Assembly (NCBI GenBank): GCA_964016885.1
Contig: OZ024742.1
Location: 264,740,001 to 264,804,000 of the forward strand
Direction: 5' to 3'
Origin: Eledone cirrhosa
Lineage: Eukaryota
Length of the DNA stretch: 64,000 bases
How positions within the stretch are numbered: position 1 is the stretch's first letter; each line of letters begins with the position of its first letter. A program made the position numbers and the translations under genes. Of this stretch, positions 1 through 15,889 are shown in pieces. The notes beneath the pieces were generated by a model, which had not been told where the DNA came from, made no database searches, and worked only from the letters and a program-made list of their open reading frames with translations.

Positions 1-320
1 AACGTCAGACACATCTTCCAATTGAGACCAACCGAGATAGCGTTAAACGTCAGACACATCTTCCAATTGAGACCAACCGAGATAGCGTTAAACGTCAGAC
101 ACATCTTCCAATTGAGACCAACCGAGATAGCGTTAAACGTCAGACACATCTTCCAATTGAGACCAATCGAGATAGCGTTAAACGTCAGACACATCTTTCA
201 ATTGAGACCAACCGAGATAGCGTTAAACGTCAGACACATCTTTCAATTGAGACCAACCGAGATAGCGTTAAACGTCAGACACATCTTTCAATTGAGACCA
301 ACCGAGATAGCGTTAAACGT
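1..320. repeat. 45-bp tandem minisatellite, 7 copies plus a partial, running off the window start
   Basis: Unit aacgtcagacacatcttccaattgagaccaaccgagatagcgtta recurs at 1, 46, 91, 136, 181, 226 and 271 with single substitutions. Confidence 0.95.
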
Positions 321-2170
321 ATTCCTTCTATAAATGAATTTTTTACTTTCAATTAAATCTATATATGTTGCGTTTCTTTCATTTAGATCGTATTTTAATC
401 TATTTTAATTTAATTTCTTTCTGATTTTCCTTTCGTCACCATGTTAATTTTTTGTTCCACTTTAATCATAGTTTAATTTAACTTAATTTTTATTTGATTC
501 CCAAACTCATTCGCCGACAAGATTGGATGATCATGGTTGAAATGATTTTTATCTGTTTGATGAATGATGAACTATAAGACCCTCTACCATACATTAGCAT
601 AGACAAGCATCATATGTCTCTCCACATATTCACTTAACATACGCGTATGTATCACTTACACATTCATAACATGTAAGGGTGAACTTAAACCAATTGGAGC
701 CATTGTTCTCAATAAGTCCTAGTTCCAACGGGGGCTCCACGCTAGAGTCAGCTCTTCAAGTATATACAATAGCACTGCAAAATATATGGTACAGAGGCTC
801 GTGGATTGGCAGAATTGGTAAAACATCGGATAAAATTCTATTGTAGTATTTGCTTTGGCTCTTTTGCATTGAGTTGAAATTCCGTCGGGGTCAGCTTTGC
901 CTTTCATCCTTTCATAAAGAAACAGTCAAGAACGTGGGTTGAATTAATCACCTTGCTCCCACAAATTTGCGGGCATTGTGTGTAAATGAAAAATCAATAT
1001 ATTTAACACCCAACTTGGCCCTGCATCTCCTAAGGCCAGCTTTGATAACATGCATTCTATATACACAGAGCATGCTGGCACACATAGCATAGAAAATGTT
1101 ACTGCACTTTTACTGCTCTCATAAGTTTTCCACATTCCTTACATCATCTGAAAACTGTGTTATGGAGGATGAGGGTCATATAAAGACGACTAGACACATG
1201 TTTGTCTCTACATGGACAAACTTGTGTGTAAAGGTTCAAGTTTGTTATCATGTACGAATGTGTGTTTGTGTATATCTATCTATACGTATGTTTATGTGTG
1301 TTTGTGCGACAAATCAGCGACCCAGTATCTGTCATTAAGAATAAAAATGCCTTTCTGTGTATGCAAGAAGGAATGTATGTACACGACAGCGCATATGTGT
1401 GTGTGTGAGTGTGTACACGCGCGCATGTGTACTGTGAACTTGTACTCGTCTCACCTTTGTCCAGTAGTGGACGCTGTGTAAGTTTGTGATAATGTAGAGA
1501 AGCCTAAAGTTACGTCTTCGTGTTGCTACTTGATCAATTTAGGTCAAACTGAGTGGGAGTGCTCGTCTGTGTGTGAGAGAGAAAGAGAGAGATATGGATG
1601 ACCTCATTTAACCCTCACTTCATTCTAGCTGCCTTTTCCTCCAGCAGCTGCTTTTGTGTACTTTTAAATTCAGTATATATTTCAAGTCTGTTACTGTTAT
1701 CTTGGCTCATGTTATTTCTGTTCTTATTATTGTTCTGAAAAAAAAAAAAAAGAAAAAGAAATAATTATTGTTGGTTATACACGTAAGCAAACTGATTGTT
1801 TACTCCTCAGTTCAATTTTAAAAAGAAACATCTTTCTACAAGTCATTATACATGGTTACACACAAGCTCACAAAAATTCCTATATATTCTAGATGAGTGC
1901 CTCACGCTCACCAATGATGGAAGATTTTCTTGGTAATGATTTCGTTCTTGCAGTATCATCATACAATCTGGTAGTAATTAGTTTTCAAATCTAATAATAT
2001 ACACTCAGAAGTAAAGATTACGTCAGGTTGATGTATTTATGTATAAAAATAACTTGAAGTTATACACACACACACAGACACACACACACACGTGTTTGTG
2101 TGTGTGTGTGTGTGCGTGCGCGTGTATATATATATATATACACGGGTGTGTATGATTGTGTATAGAAGAT

Positions 2171-2248
2171 TATATTGATAAAAGGAATTCCAACTTTGTC
2201 TGATTTACTCGTTAATCAGACAAAGTTGGAATTCCTTTTATTAATATA
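2171..2248. repeat. Fold-back palindrome (35-bp stem with 1 mismatch, 8-nt loop) beside (TA)n
   Basis: tatattgataaaaggaattccaactttgtctgatt / tactcgtt / aatcagacaaagttggaattccttttattaatata. Confidence 0.9.
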
Positions 2249-2343
2249 TATATATATATAGATCATTTCCAAGGACGGCTTGTATATGTTAAGGTATGTA
2301 TATTTCCTCTGATAATTTGTAATATTTTTACATAGATCTATAT

Positions 2344-3059
2344 CAAATGTTCTCAACGGGGGGCATATGTACCCCCCGGGGGGCGTTTCGGAACTCCAGG
2401 GGAACGTTTGGGAGCAAGGTCGCGTTAGGGGGGGGGGGGGGGCGTTTGGAGCTGGGGGAGGGGATTATTGCGCAGGAAGGCTCTTTATTTTGGTAAGTTT
2501 TATAAGCCATATTTGTATGTCTTTGAGACAGCCAGTGTGAATGCATTTGAATGAGCTTGCAGACAGCATAACTATAGTCTGACCGCAGCTGTGAGCAGGT
2601 GTGCAGGCATGTCCGGTAATTGAGACGTTAATCGGTAATTGAGATCCTAAAAATGGAAAATACCACAGTCAACTGTGTCAAGGAGACATTTGAGCGCAGC
2701 CAGTTAGAATCTTATTTTTCCTTCACCGATACAATGTATTTCATGTCTGAAATTATTGATTCAACCGCAAAGAGTTAACACTATGTAGATCTATTTTATT
2801 CCCTATTGTATAAATAATATTACAAATAAAAAAAAAAAAAAAACACAGAAGCGGGTAGCACACACATCTAGGACCACATACAACACATAATCAGATAATA
2901 CACATATCTTTGGAATATTGTTAATCAATCTGTTAGGAATCTACTGATATAAAAATCAGTAGTATATTGAAAAATGGAAAAATAGGGGGGGGGGAGGGGC
3001 GTTTCGTGATTTCGAAGGACAAAAGGGGGCGTTTGGCCTAAATGGGTTGAGAACCTGTG
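2344..3059. mobile_element. Non-autonomous hAT (Charlie-like) DNA transposon / MITE
   Basis: Imperfect TIRs caaatgttctcaac ... gttgagaacctgtg. Perfect 8-bp TSD atctatat at 2336-2343 and 3060-3067. G-rich subterminal motifs. Confidence 0.85.
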
Positions 3060-3479
3060 ATCTATATGATATACATACCAACACACACATACATTCTCGA
3101 AACGATCGTAAAATGATGAATTTTTTTAATATAAGGAACTTGTTCTTTGTTTTCATTTCATTGTTTTTATTAATTAATATATATATATACTAATTTAAGG
3201 TATCACAACATACATATTATGTATACTTGAGTTTCCCAGTGGAAAAGCTCAATGGACATTTCTCCAGAACATCAATAATTCAAATTTAGAGATATATATA
3301 TAGAGAGAAAGAGACATATATCGTTTGAGAAATATATAGTATTTTGTATACATATTACATAATATTTAGGAAAAATACGCCATCCTGTCTATGGTGTTGG
3401 TATAACTCGTGGATCCTGACAGATATAAATAAATATTTTGTACTCTATACTTTATTGCAATTTTATTTAAAGACGTAAA

Positions 3480-3593
3480 TTCTTCTGATGATTGATTCGC
3501 GCCTCAAATAACGATAGTTACTGATCGGTGATCAATTGCTTAGATTGATTTTTGGTTATGGTTGCTAGAATCATCAAATGGTACCATAAGGAA
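3480..3593 (+). ncRNA. Degenerate type-I hammerhead ribozyme with long stem II
   Basis: ttctt CTGATGA t tgattc ... gaatca t (C)AAA tggtacca TA aggaa. Stem III atggtaccat is palindromic; GAAA is mutated to CAAA. Confidence 0.55.
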
Positions 3594-4012
3594 AGAAGAA
3601 ATGTTTCCACATTGAAGTGCGTATTTTTAATGGGAGGCAAAGGGGGCAATTGTCTCGGGCCATTTGCAGTGGGGTGGGGGCACCAACGACGGTCGTAGAA
3701 ATTTATTTGTGCTCTGTACCAGGCATTTTAGTTTTAGGATGGCTAGGTTTTTTCAGATAAAGTTAAATGAGTAAATCTGAAAACTTCACTTTTATTATTT
3801 GATTCAACGTTTATGAAAAGGATAATCAATAAAAAAAGATTTTTCAGCTTCTTCGTTGTATTACATAATCTGGAGTTCAGTTGTTTTATAGCGCCAGCAA
3901 TAAATATTGCATCTTTTCACAGTGGGAACTCTGTATTTCACTTCTCTAGCCTGATGAATTTTCTCGTATAGAATTAGATATTTTCAACGTTTTTTTTTTT
4001 TAATTTGGTTCC

Positions 4013-4815
4013 AAAATATATACCTCTTGGCAATACTTCCGCAGTGTGATTATTTGGTCGACTGCGCTGCATCCGTTTATCACCTAGCTTGAACTCGACA
4101 ACTCTCTGCATCTCTTTGCCAGACACTTAGCATAGACTTTACCGGGGAGGATTATTAAGGAAATCACTCTGTAATTGAAACAATCTCTCTTGTCTGCCCT
4201 TTTGAAAATTGGGATTATCACTCACGATTGCCATTGCTCAGGTGTCTTTTCAGAAATCCAAGCCACCCGACACACAGGAGTTAGGCTGAGAATACCTTCT
4301 CTATTTAAGGCTTTTAGCATCTCGGACCGGATTTCATCTTCTCCAGTGGCCTTGCCACATTTGAGCTCTTTAACTGCTCTTGTGACCTCAGCCACTGAAA
4401 GATTAGTCACCGCTCCCAGATGCACCTCGTGTAGATCAGATGATGTTGTGACCGGGTTTACGAGATCAGCAAAGTATTTTCTCCACCTCACGAGGATGCA
4501 CCTCTCTGAAGAGAAGAAAACCCCAGACGCATTCTTGATATGGAGGAGGGCTTCTTATTACGAAGTTGGCGGGTAGTCTGCCAAAACACTTTATTTGCTG
4601 ATCGGATTCCAGCTTAACCCCTAAGCCCTCCCATGTCTTAATTTTGGACCTCTTTACTATCTCTGCTGCGATTCTTCCTGCCTGGTTGTATCGCAAGTGC
4701 AAGAAAGAGGACCTATTTCGAAGTCATTCTTTATAGGCCTCCTTTTCTTGGATAACATCTTTGACCTTGATTGAACCAAGGGGTCCTCCTGCCATCCGGC
4801 TCCACAACATCCTCT
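4013..4815 (-). mobile_element. RTE-clade LINE, inverted 5' segment (decayed ORF upstream of and into the RT)
   Basis: Minus-strand translation RWRKYFADLVN...EVTRAVKELKCGKATGEDEIRSEMLKAL...PEQWQS, typical of the RTE pre-RT region. Homologous to 62104-62893. Confidence 0.85.
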
Positions 4816-5830
4816 TTCGCATATGACCGCGTTCCTCAGGAACTGCTGTGGAAGGTTGTGTAGAAGAATGAGATCGATGGTCAACTTCTTGCTTCCCTGA
4901 TGTGTCTATATAAATGCCCGAGTATTTGTGTTCGGATAAATGGTGCTAAATCTAAACCATTCAATGTGGTAGTCGGACTTCGCCAAGGGTGCGTACTGTC
5001 GCCTCTCCTGCTTCATTATTTGCATGAGCAGGATTGACATGCGCAGCCGGGTTGGATGTGGTATCATGGGGGGCGTGTGTATAATAAGTCGGCTGGAACT
5101 TTCAGATGACATGGTGTTACTTAACTAGATAGAAGGCAATTTCCGACTTGCACTCGATAAGTTCCATGCCGAGTGCTGCATGGCTGGAACGAAAGTCGTC
5201 AGTGTTGCGAAAACTGAGATACTCATCCTCTCAAGGAAGCCTGCACAGTACACTCTACATGTAAAGAGAGTTCCATTGAGGCTGTTAGAGAAGTTCAAGT
5301 ATCTCGGAGCTGTATTCACGAATGATGGAAGGCAGGAGACTGAAATAAGTGCAAGAATTGCAGGAGCTGGTGCAATAATACACCAGCTTCAGCATTTGGT
5401 CATCAAAAGAAGGGAGTTATGTGTAAAAGCCAAACACGATATTCGTGACAACCTTCAGAAGGGTTTCTCCGAAGGATCTTTGGGGTAATGTTACTCAATA
5501 AAGTGCGTAGCTCGGAGATCAGAGAATCATTCCACTTAGAGCCGCTACTTCTCCGAATTGAGAGATCACAGCTCTGATACTATGGGCATGTGGTTAGAAT
5601 ATTTCAGTAAATAATCGCTGGATAGATTTTGCGATCAACACCATCCGGCAGGAGATCCAGGGGTAGACTCCGAACAAGATTCTTGGATAACATCCATGAG
5701 CTTGGCTGGTCTCGCTTGGAGATCCAGCTGGATCAGTTGGAGACGGTTGCTTTTGACAGGATCCACTGGAAGGAGTATTTGAGGGTTATGACCCCACGAC
5801 TCTCACAGGAATAAGTGAGTGAAGAAGAAG
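4816..5830 (+). mobile_element. RTE-clade LINE, forward 3' segment ending in a (GAA)n tail
   Basis: Translated pieces AYDRVPQELLWKV, RQGCVLSPLL, EKFKYLGAVFT, GRRSRGRLRTRFLD, with frameshifts and stops. Ends gaagaagaag. Confidence 0.85.
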
Positions 5831-7199
5831 AGGGGGAGGGGCAGGTTTCAAAATAAATCTTTTCAATAGCTTTTTCGGAGCCATCAACATTATAAACACT
5901 ATTATACAGAGTTTTTCTGTGAGCCTTTAAATCTTTACACAATACATAAAGAGCCTTGTAAGAAGATTGAAACACTGCATTCACAGATTCAAAATCTTTT
6001 ACGAGGGGGTGGGGATGACAATCACTAAATACAGATAGTTCATTTTCTCATAAAGCATTTCCTTCAATAGTCTGTCTTTGTGGTTTGTGCCTGTTCGGCC
6101 AAAAATTTCTGCATCTACAAAATAACCCTTTAAATCTTGTCAGTTTAAAAGACTATTTGAATTAATTTCTCTTCTAAAATATGGTCTAATTGAAAACATT
6201 TTCCGAAATAGTGAAGGTGTTTGATATGTATCATATGGATTGTATCATATGGATTCAAAATATGAATTTGTATTCTTGCACAAGTCACTATTAATAAGCC
6301 TGAGTGGAATCTCAGTTATGCGAAATCGAAGTTTTGATGAACGTTTTAGAAAAGCATGCTGAATACACCAGATTTTATTTGCATACAGTTTTGTGATACC
6401 CTCTTTATTCTGATCAACACTGAATTTTAACTTTCTATTATCGAATCAGCACCTTAATTTACAAAACGAATACAGCTTTCACAATTCGTATTATATTTAC
6501 TTATTAATAAAGCGAGTGTGATGTATCAGATAAAACAGATATTAAACCTAGAAATAAATAATTGGCTACACTATCTATCCTCACTTTTACACAGAATTTT
6601 TCCTTCCCCAATCTACTCAAATATCTTTTGATTGATTATTAAGCAGCACAAAGTTCTTTCTTTGCACACATTCTTTTGAAACCTTCCTCAGGTACTGAAC
6701 TCACTCATTTTCTTTTTAATCTAGAGCGCTTCCCTAAATGTAATTTCGTGTTATTGAGTACCACATTTCGCAAGGTCTAACTTCACTAAAATGATCAATA
6801 GCCATCACTGAACAATGACAAATAACTGCTCATGCCAACCTAATTTCTGCCTTTTCCATCTCTCATTAGTTTCAGAATTTTTATTGGTCATAAACGAAGT
6901 TAAAATAGATTTAAATAGTATTATATGGTATTCTGTGTAACAATAAATACTTTTTCTTTTACTTTGCTTTTCCTTCAGAATAGTAAACATGTTTCCACTA
7001 AAGTATCTTGTGAAGAGTATTCAGGTAACACAAATGTCAATTAATTGCACATCACGAATGTCACTCGCTAACTGAATAGCAAAACAGTCATTACTACATT
7101 CAAACCTAATATTTATTTACTCCTAAGAAATATTCGAATGAAATGAAAAAAAAAAGAGGTTAATTTAGAGATTTTTTTCCCGTCTTTCCTGCTTTTTCA

Positions 7200-8110
7200 A
7201 CGAATCTCATTTCCGAACCCGTCGGAAATGACTGTTATTTTTTTTTTTTTTTTTAAGTAAACAAAAGGAGAAGTGGGTACCCTCAGAGTTTTCTTTCTCG
7301 CGATGGAGGTGAAAGTTTTCCCGGGTTTTTTGGTTTGTTTTGAACGAATCTGACCTTCAAAAACATTGTCAATTATTCATCTTTTAGTAAACTGTATCTC
7401 ACGACAAATGTCGGAAGAGGAGTATGACTGAGTTACGATGGTTTTAATGAAACAAACTACCCCTAAGATTAAAAACAAAGGAATATTTTAAAAACCATTA
7501 GAAATTTCAAAAGACGCCATTCTGATACTGATATTTTAGAATATGTACTGCCGTAGCTAGTACATTCTTATGTCATTTCAAATAGAAAAGCAAAATGGCG
7601 GACATGAAAAACATTTAAATTACATTATACAGTGCTAAGGCTTTCCTCGTCTTTCGTCTCGCGTTGCTGGCGATCTGAAACAAGGTGATATAAATTGGCT
7701 GCCTCAATGAAAAATTGGTAGAGAAGAATTTTATCATTTTGATTTGAAGAAATAAATATCTTGTCACTTACTGGCATAGATATTTTGATTGAATACCTGG
7801 CCTATTCACCCAATTTAGGGATTCCAGGAAAATAATTTCAACTCCAACGCGAGACAAATCTAATTGTATAGAAAACTCCTCCTCACTCCATTTGCTACAA
7901 AAAAAAAAACGAGTTATTTCCGACGTGTCTGGCGGTCAATTTCGTTGTGAAACACACGGTAAATAGAAAACAAATGAATTGTGAAAAACATTCCGTTAAA
8001 AAAAAACGAGTGGTTTCCGATGGGTTCGGAGGTCAGTTTCGTCGAATAAATACGAAAAAAAATAAATAGATAGAAATATCCCACCAAACACGAGACGAGT
8101 GTAGATGTAG
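7200..8110. promoter_or_regulatory. Candidate CpG-enriched (possibly bidirectional) promoter region
   Basis: Non-repetitive and CpG-retaining. YY1-like AAAATGGCGG at 7592-7601 and an opposite-strand gacgccatt at 7513-7521. TCTCGCG-like motifs near 7296, 7657 and 7846. Confidence 0.35.
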
Positions 8111-8313
8111 ATTTATCCTTAAAAATCACAAAAAAATTTAAATATGCCCAAACTAAATGTTCATTGGCAAATACTTGAAATGGGTAGATTTGTTAAATTT
8201 GTCGGCTGAATATACACACATCCGATGAGTTTCCTCGGAGTTTTCATTTACCAAATTTCACACACAAGGCTTTAGAAGTGACACTGCAATAGAAGACACA
8301 AGCACAAAGCAAC

Positions 8314-8377
<64 letters not shown>

Positions 8378-8379
<2 letters not shown>

Positions 8380-8499
8380 TGTATTTCCCGGCGCCGAAGA
8401 TTCACCCTAATTTTAACAACCAAAAATTTGAAAAGATATAATAAACAACCTTCGGCCTTCAGGACACATGGTAGATTTTGATACTTATTTTGGGGAAAT

Positions 8500-8504
<5 letters not shown>
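8378..8504. mobile_element. Truncated Tc/mariner (pogo/Tigger-like) terminal fragment inside (TA)n
   Basis: Begins tactgtatttcccggcgccgaagattcacc, resembling TACCGTATTT...TAAGACGCACC-type termini. No second TIR seen. Confidence 0.35.
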
Positions 8505-10535
<2,031 letters not shown>

Positions 10536-10723
10536 GTAGATAAATCTACCAAGAGTTTACGGTAGTGTCCAATCCGTATGAAGAACTCAATGTATTCCGG
10601 ATATCATGGAAAGAAGAGATGTAATGAAAAACCACTTTCGGTGAAAGATAAACGGTATACAGAGTCAAGATAAAATATTAAACAAATAATGAATAAACAA
10701 TTCCTTATATTAAACAAAAAAAG

Positions 10724-10878
10724 TTCATTATTTAACGATCGTTTCTAGGGTATATATGTGTTATAATTGGTATGCATATTCAACAGATCTATGTACAAAA
10801 TTATACAAAATTATACAAATTATCAAGATTAAATATACATACCTAACACATATATACGCCGTCTTCAGAAATAATGAA
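10724..10878 (-). ncRNA. Type-I hammerhead ribozyme with about 115-nt stem II (left arm, sense to the PLE ORF)
   Basis: Exact reverse complement of 17349-17503. Confidence 0.8.
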
Positions 10879-11687
10879 GTATATTTATTGATAATAACAA
10901 CAATTCAAAATTTCAGTTCAAAATTGACCAATGAAAACACAAAGGGTTAAAAGCAGTTCGGTGTGTGTATATACATGTAAAATCCTTACACATATTTTAC
11001 AAAAATGTATGTATAACTTGTATACGCATACTAAAAAGATGGATGCAAGCACAAAATTTCAAGGTTAATATCTCTGTAAGCTTAAAATGCGCTGATAAGA
11101 TGCGCATTGATACTTATGGAGTCAAGCATATAAATATATTTTTTCATACTCACACATATCAGTACAATCACACATACACGCGCGTATATGCATAAATATA
11201 CACATAACCACGAACATACAAACACACACACACCCCCACTCACATTTATATATGTGGATATAAAATCATAAGCACATGGATATTAAATCACTCACATAAA
11301 ACACTGGCACACACATTTCAAGATCAAGATACAGAAATTAGGTGGGAGGGGTCAGTATTCAATTGTCTGAGCAGACTGCCTAATATAAATGTATCTATAA
11401 ATTAAGAAAAATAAAAAAATAAAACAATAAAATATAATAAATATAATATAATATACATACACATACAGATATATACACATACATACATGTACGCGCACAT
11501 AGAAATATTTACGCATACACACATACACACATACATATACAGTCATACACACACATACACTTACACAAACATACACATACACATATATAAAGATATATAT
11601 ATACACACACACACACACACGCAACACATACACACATACACATATATATAAAAAATAAATAATAAAGATATATATCCATATATATAT

Positions 11688-11736
<49 letters not shown>

Positions 11737-11815
11737 CATACACATACATCTAAATATACATACACATACATACACACATACATGTACATACATGTACATA
11801 CATATACGCACATCG

Positions 11816-11852
<37 letters not shown>

Positions 11853-12292
11853 CACACACATAGACATATAGATACATACACACACAACTTACATACACAC
11901 ATATATATATATATATATAGATGTACATTCATACATAGAATTAGATATATAATCATACATACATATGCACCTACTTATACTCATATATATACATACATAC
12001 GCTTCCATATATGCGTATATACATAAAAAACACTACAACCTCACCTAACTCAGACATACAAATAAAAATAATAATAAAAAGGCATATGTATATACATACA
12101 CACACGCATTAATAGAGATATATATACATACACACATACATACACATATATATATATACATATATATATAACCATACATACATATATATATATATATATA
12201 CACACACATACACTCATACATATATATATATATATATATATAAACATATATATCCACACACTCATACCACCATAAATACACATACAAACACC

Positions 12293-12323
<31 letters not shown>

Positions 12324-12328
12324 ACACG

Positions 12329-12364
<36 letters not shown>

Positions 12365-12652
12365 TAAAAAACAGACATGCACATATATATATATATATTT
12401 TTTTACACTTATATATACACATATTATATACACATACACAACCTCACTTATACACATATACACATAAGTTATATTATAATAATAAAGAATAATATACATA
12501 TATATATATATACATATACATATATATATATATATATATACATACATACATACACATACATACATACACATAAACATATACATACATAAATACACACATA
12601 CGAATAAAGACATATATTCACACATAGACACCTATATATATATATATATATC

Positions 12653-12684
<32 letters not shown>

Positions 12685-13835
12685 CAACCACACACACACA
12701 CACAGACACATATACACACTCACATATATATATGTGTATGTGTGTGTGCGCACATACACATATATACACACACACATACAAACACACACAAACACATACA
12801 TATGCATACGTGCACACACACACACATATATCACATAGATACGAAGATAGACATATAAATAGAGAGACATACATATATATACAACACACATACACATACA
12901 TACATACACACGCATATACATATACATATATATATATACATATATATATTCCTATATATACAAGCATACACATACATACACATATATACACATACATACA
13001 CATATACATACAACACATTCACATACACATACATATATAATGCATATATATACATATATATACATACATATGTACACTCATATATACACACGCAATCTTA
13101 CATTCATATTTGCATGCGCATATATGTATTTTTATATTTAGATATAAATACCCAAACCTATATAGACACCTACCTACATATATATTCATACATAAACGCT
13201 TACAAATACAGATGATAATAGTATGGGGGAAAGGGGGGGTTTGGAGAAGGGGATCAAAGTAAATATATGTTTCAAGAAACATATAATATTTTCCGTATCT
13301 TTATTCAATGTATGTTCTTACATACTTACAGTGCTAGGAAATACGACAAACAAGAATTAAGGCAAAATCTATGCATCTCAAAATAAATAAGTATACCATA
13401 AATCATATGTTAACTAAACCAAAGATAGTCAACATATTGATTTCTAAGGTGTAAATTAGTTAGGTATATAATATTTGAAGCAGAATTTTGAAGTCAAACA
13501 GTAGTAGATTATTAATTACAGTATAACTAAATTAAAGTTAATAACGTTATGGTATCAATATTAGGAAATGAATTTAGTAATAGGGAAAAGAAACCCAAAT
13601 AAAAATAAAATAAAGTATTACATCGGTAGTAGCATATAAATTATATGTTAACTAAATTAAAAATTGTATATTTATTTCAATAGTATATGTTAATTAGTAT
13701 ATGTTAATTAGGTATACAATACATAAAGCAGATATTGTATTTCATCAATAGCATAATATAATTATATGCAAATAGAAATCAAAATTAATACGCATACATA
13801 TACATATACATACACATACACATATACATACATAT

Positions 13836-13876
<41 letters not shown>

Positions 13877-14409
13877 TACACATATATACATACATACAGA
13901 TACACATACACACACACACATACACATACACATATACATATACATATCTTTTTCAAAAAATTGCACAGAATATATTAACTAGGTATATATCCAAAACACA
14001 TCCCATTCTATGATTACATGACATTCTGCAATTCGTCTGTATAAGGATACTAATTTTAAGCAAATTAAAATTAAAATTTTTAGGTTGATTAAAACTAAAA
14101 CCAAATAATAAATATATTTCCAAAATGTATATTAATTAGGTCTATAATACTAAAAATTATTTCTCTGTCATTGGATACACGATATTATTTTGTTATATTT
14201 TATCTGTAAAAGAGTTATAATAAAAGGTTTAAATAAATTAAAATTAATCTATAAATTAAATTACTAAGTATATATTAGTAATATTTAAAGGTTTTTCACA
14301 ATTTATGATTACATAATATTTTATATTCTCATCTGTAATAAAATATTAATTAAATTAAATTTATAGGTTAACTAACATTTAAATTAAATTAATTTCTAGA
14401 ATAATGTTA

Positions 14410-15889
14410 TTAATTAGGTTTATAATATTTAAATGTTTTTTTTAGTTTATGATTACACGATATAATTAATTCCTGTCGTTTATTTAATAAGATATCCCTA
14501 GACTTCATTATTTCAAATAGTTCTTGGGAACATAATCTACATTCCTTTCTATTATTTTGATAAGGGGTGGCTCTTTTGAGCACACTCCAGGTCAAATCAT
14601 ATTTTATATTCTTATTTTTATAACTATTGATTTTTTCTGCTAGAGATGTTGTATTAGCCAGTGCGGCATTTTTAAAACTATGCTTGTGGGTATTAAACCT
14701 TGTCTTAAAATTGTTAGAGGTAGCTCCTATATATGAGCAAATAGAATCTTTAGTTTTAACATTACATTTATAGACTATGTTGTTAACAAGACAATTCCCT
14801 TTTAATGGGCAGTTTGCTTTGTTTCTACAGTTACATCCTTTCGTTAATTCTGTATTTGAGGAGATATTATGGTTAATTTGATGTACTGGTGGTATACTTA
14901 TGGTTTTCTTACATTTATATGCATTATATGCACTTATATTTTGTTTTATGTTATTTGTTGTAGAGTATGAGAATTTAACTGTAGACCTATTTAAGATTTG
15001 ATGGTATTTGTGGTTTGGCGGGAAGTTTTTCTCAAGGATATAAAAATTTTTTAGCAATATTATCCTTAACTTGTAAATTAAAAGGAGCATTATACCAAGT
15101 AACTCGTCTATTACGGTTTCTATGTTGTTTATTATTTTTATTATTTTTATAGGTTGTATCGTGATTTTTACTAGGAGGATTAATGTTAATGATCTCACCA
15201 CAACTATTTTTAGTTATATTTGTAGATTTAGGTGTTTTATCTTTTTTATTAGGAGTTTTATTATTAATATTTATTATAGTTGTATGATGAGTAGTTTTTT
15301 GAGGGTTACTATACTTTATATTAGAAGATTTAGTATTTTGGGGTATATTGTGGGTGGCATTTAGGTGTGTACTTTTCATTTGGTGTTTGTTGGTAATATT
15401 ATGCTGTATGCTTTCAGTATTTTTAGTAGAAGGTATATACTCTAATCTATTTTTGTGGCCACTTCTATCTAGAGCTTCATTATAAAAGGTCGCATTTTTA
15501 TCAAATACATCTTGGTTAGAAGAAAGGTTAGAAATTCTAAGTGATATATTATATGCAAGGTTTTTAAGGATAGATTTAGGGTGATTAGATTGTGAGTGTA
15601 TGTAATGTAAGTTTTGGTTAGGTTTATGGTAAGGTTGGTAGATACCCGTAGCTAAATCTAAAGTTATATCTAGGAAATTTACTACTTTACTTGTTTTTTC
15701 AAAAGTAATATTAAGATTATAATAGTCTTTAAGGAAAGTTCTAATATGTTTTTTGTTTTTTTCGATTTCTGAAAGGCTAAGGTTGTTAGAAAGAAGAAGA
15801 CAGTCATCACGATATAAACCACCTTTGAGGTGGGGAAAAGAGGCATTTATGTTGAAAAGGAGAAAGAGGCCCACAAGATCAGTAATTTG
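14410..15889 (-). pseudogene. PLE ORF: C-terminal RT + CxCx5C linker + GIY-YIG endonuclease; 5'-truncated, one frameshift near 15040
   Basis: DLVGLFLL...GGLYRDD...VNFLDITLDL...YHKPN...HPKSI in ORF 15032-15874. GCNCRNKANCPLKGNCL..NIVYKC..SYIGAT..FKTRFNTH..CRLCSQE..LLNKRQE..CNH in ORF 14410-15201. Confidence 0.92.

Noticed and set aside
1-320. CRISPR array
   Set aside because: Contiguous repeats without spacers, in a eukaryotic context.
14410-15889. Selenoprotein or programmed frameshift in the Naiad-like ORF
   Set aside because: No in-frame TGA at conserved Cys positions. The frame change near 15040 is +1/-2 beside homopolymers with no in-frame XXXYYYZ heptamer, so it is more likely a mutation or sequencing error.
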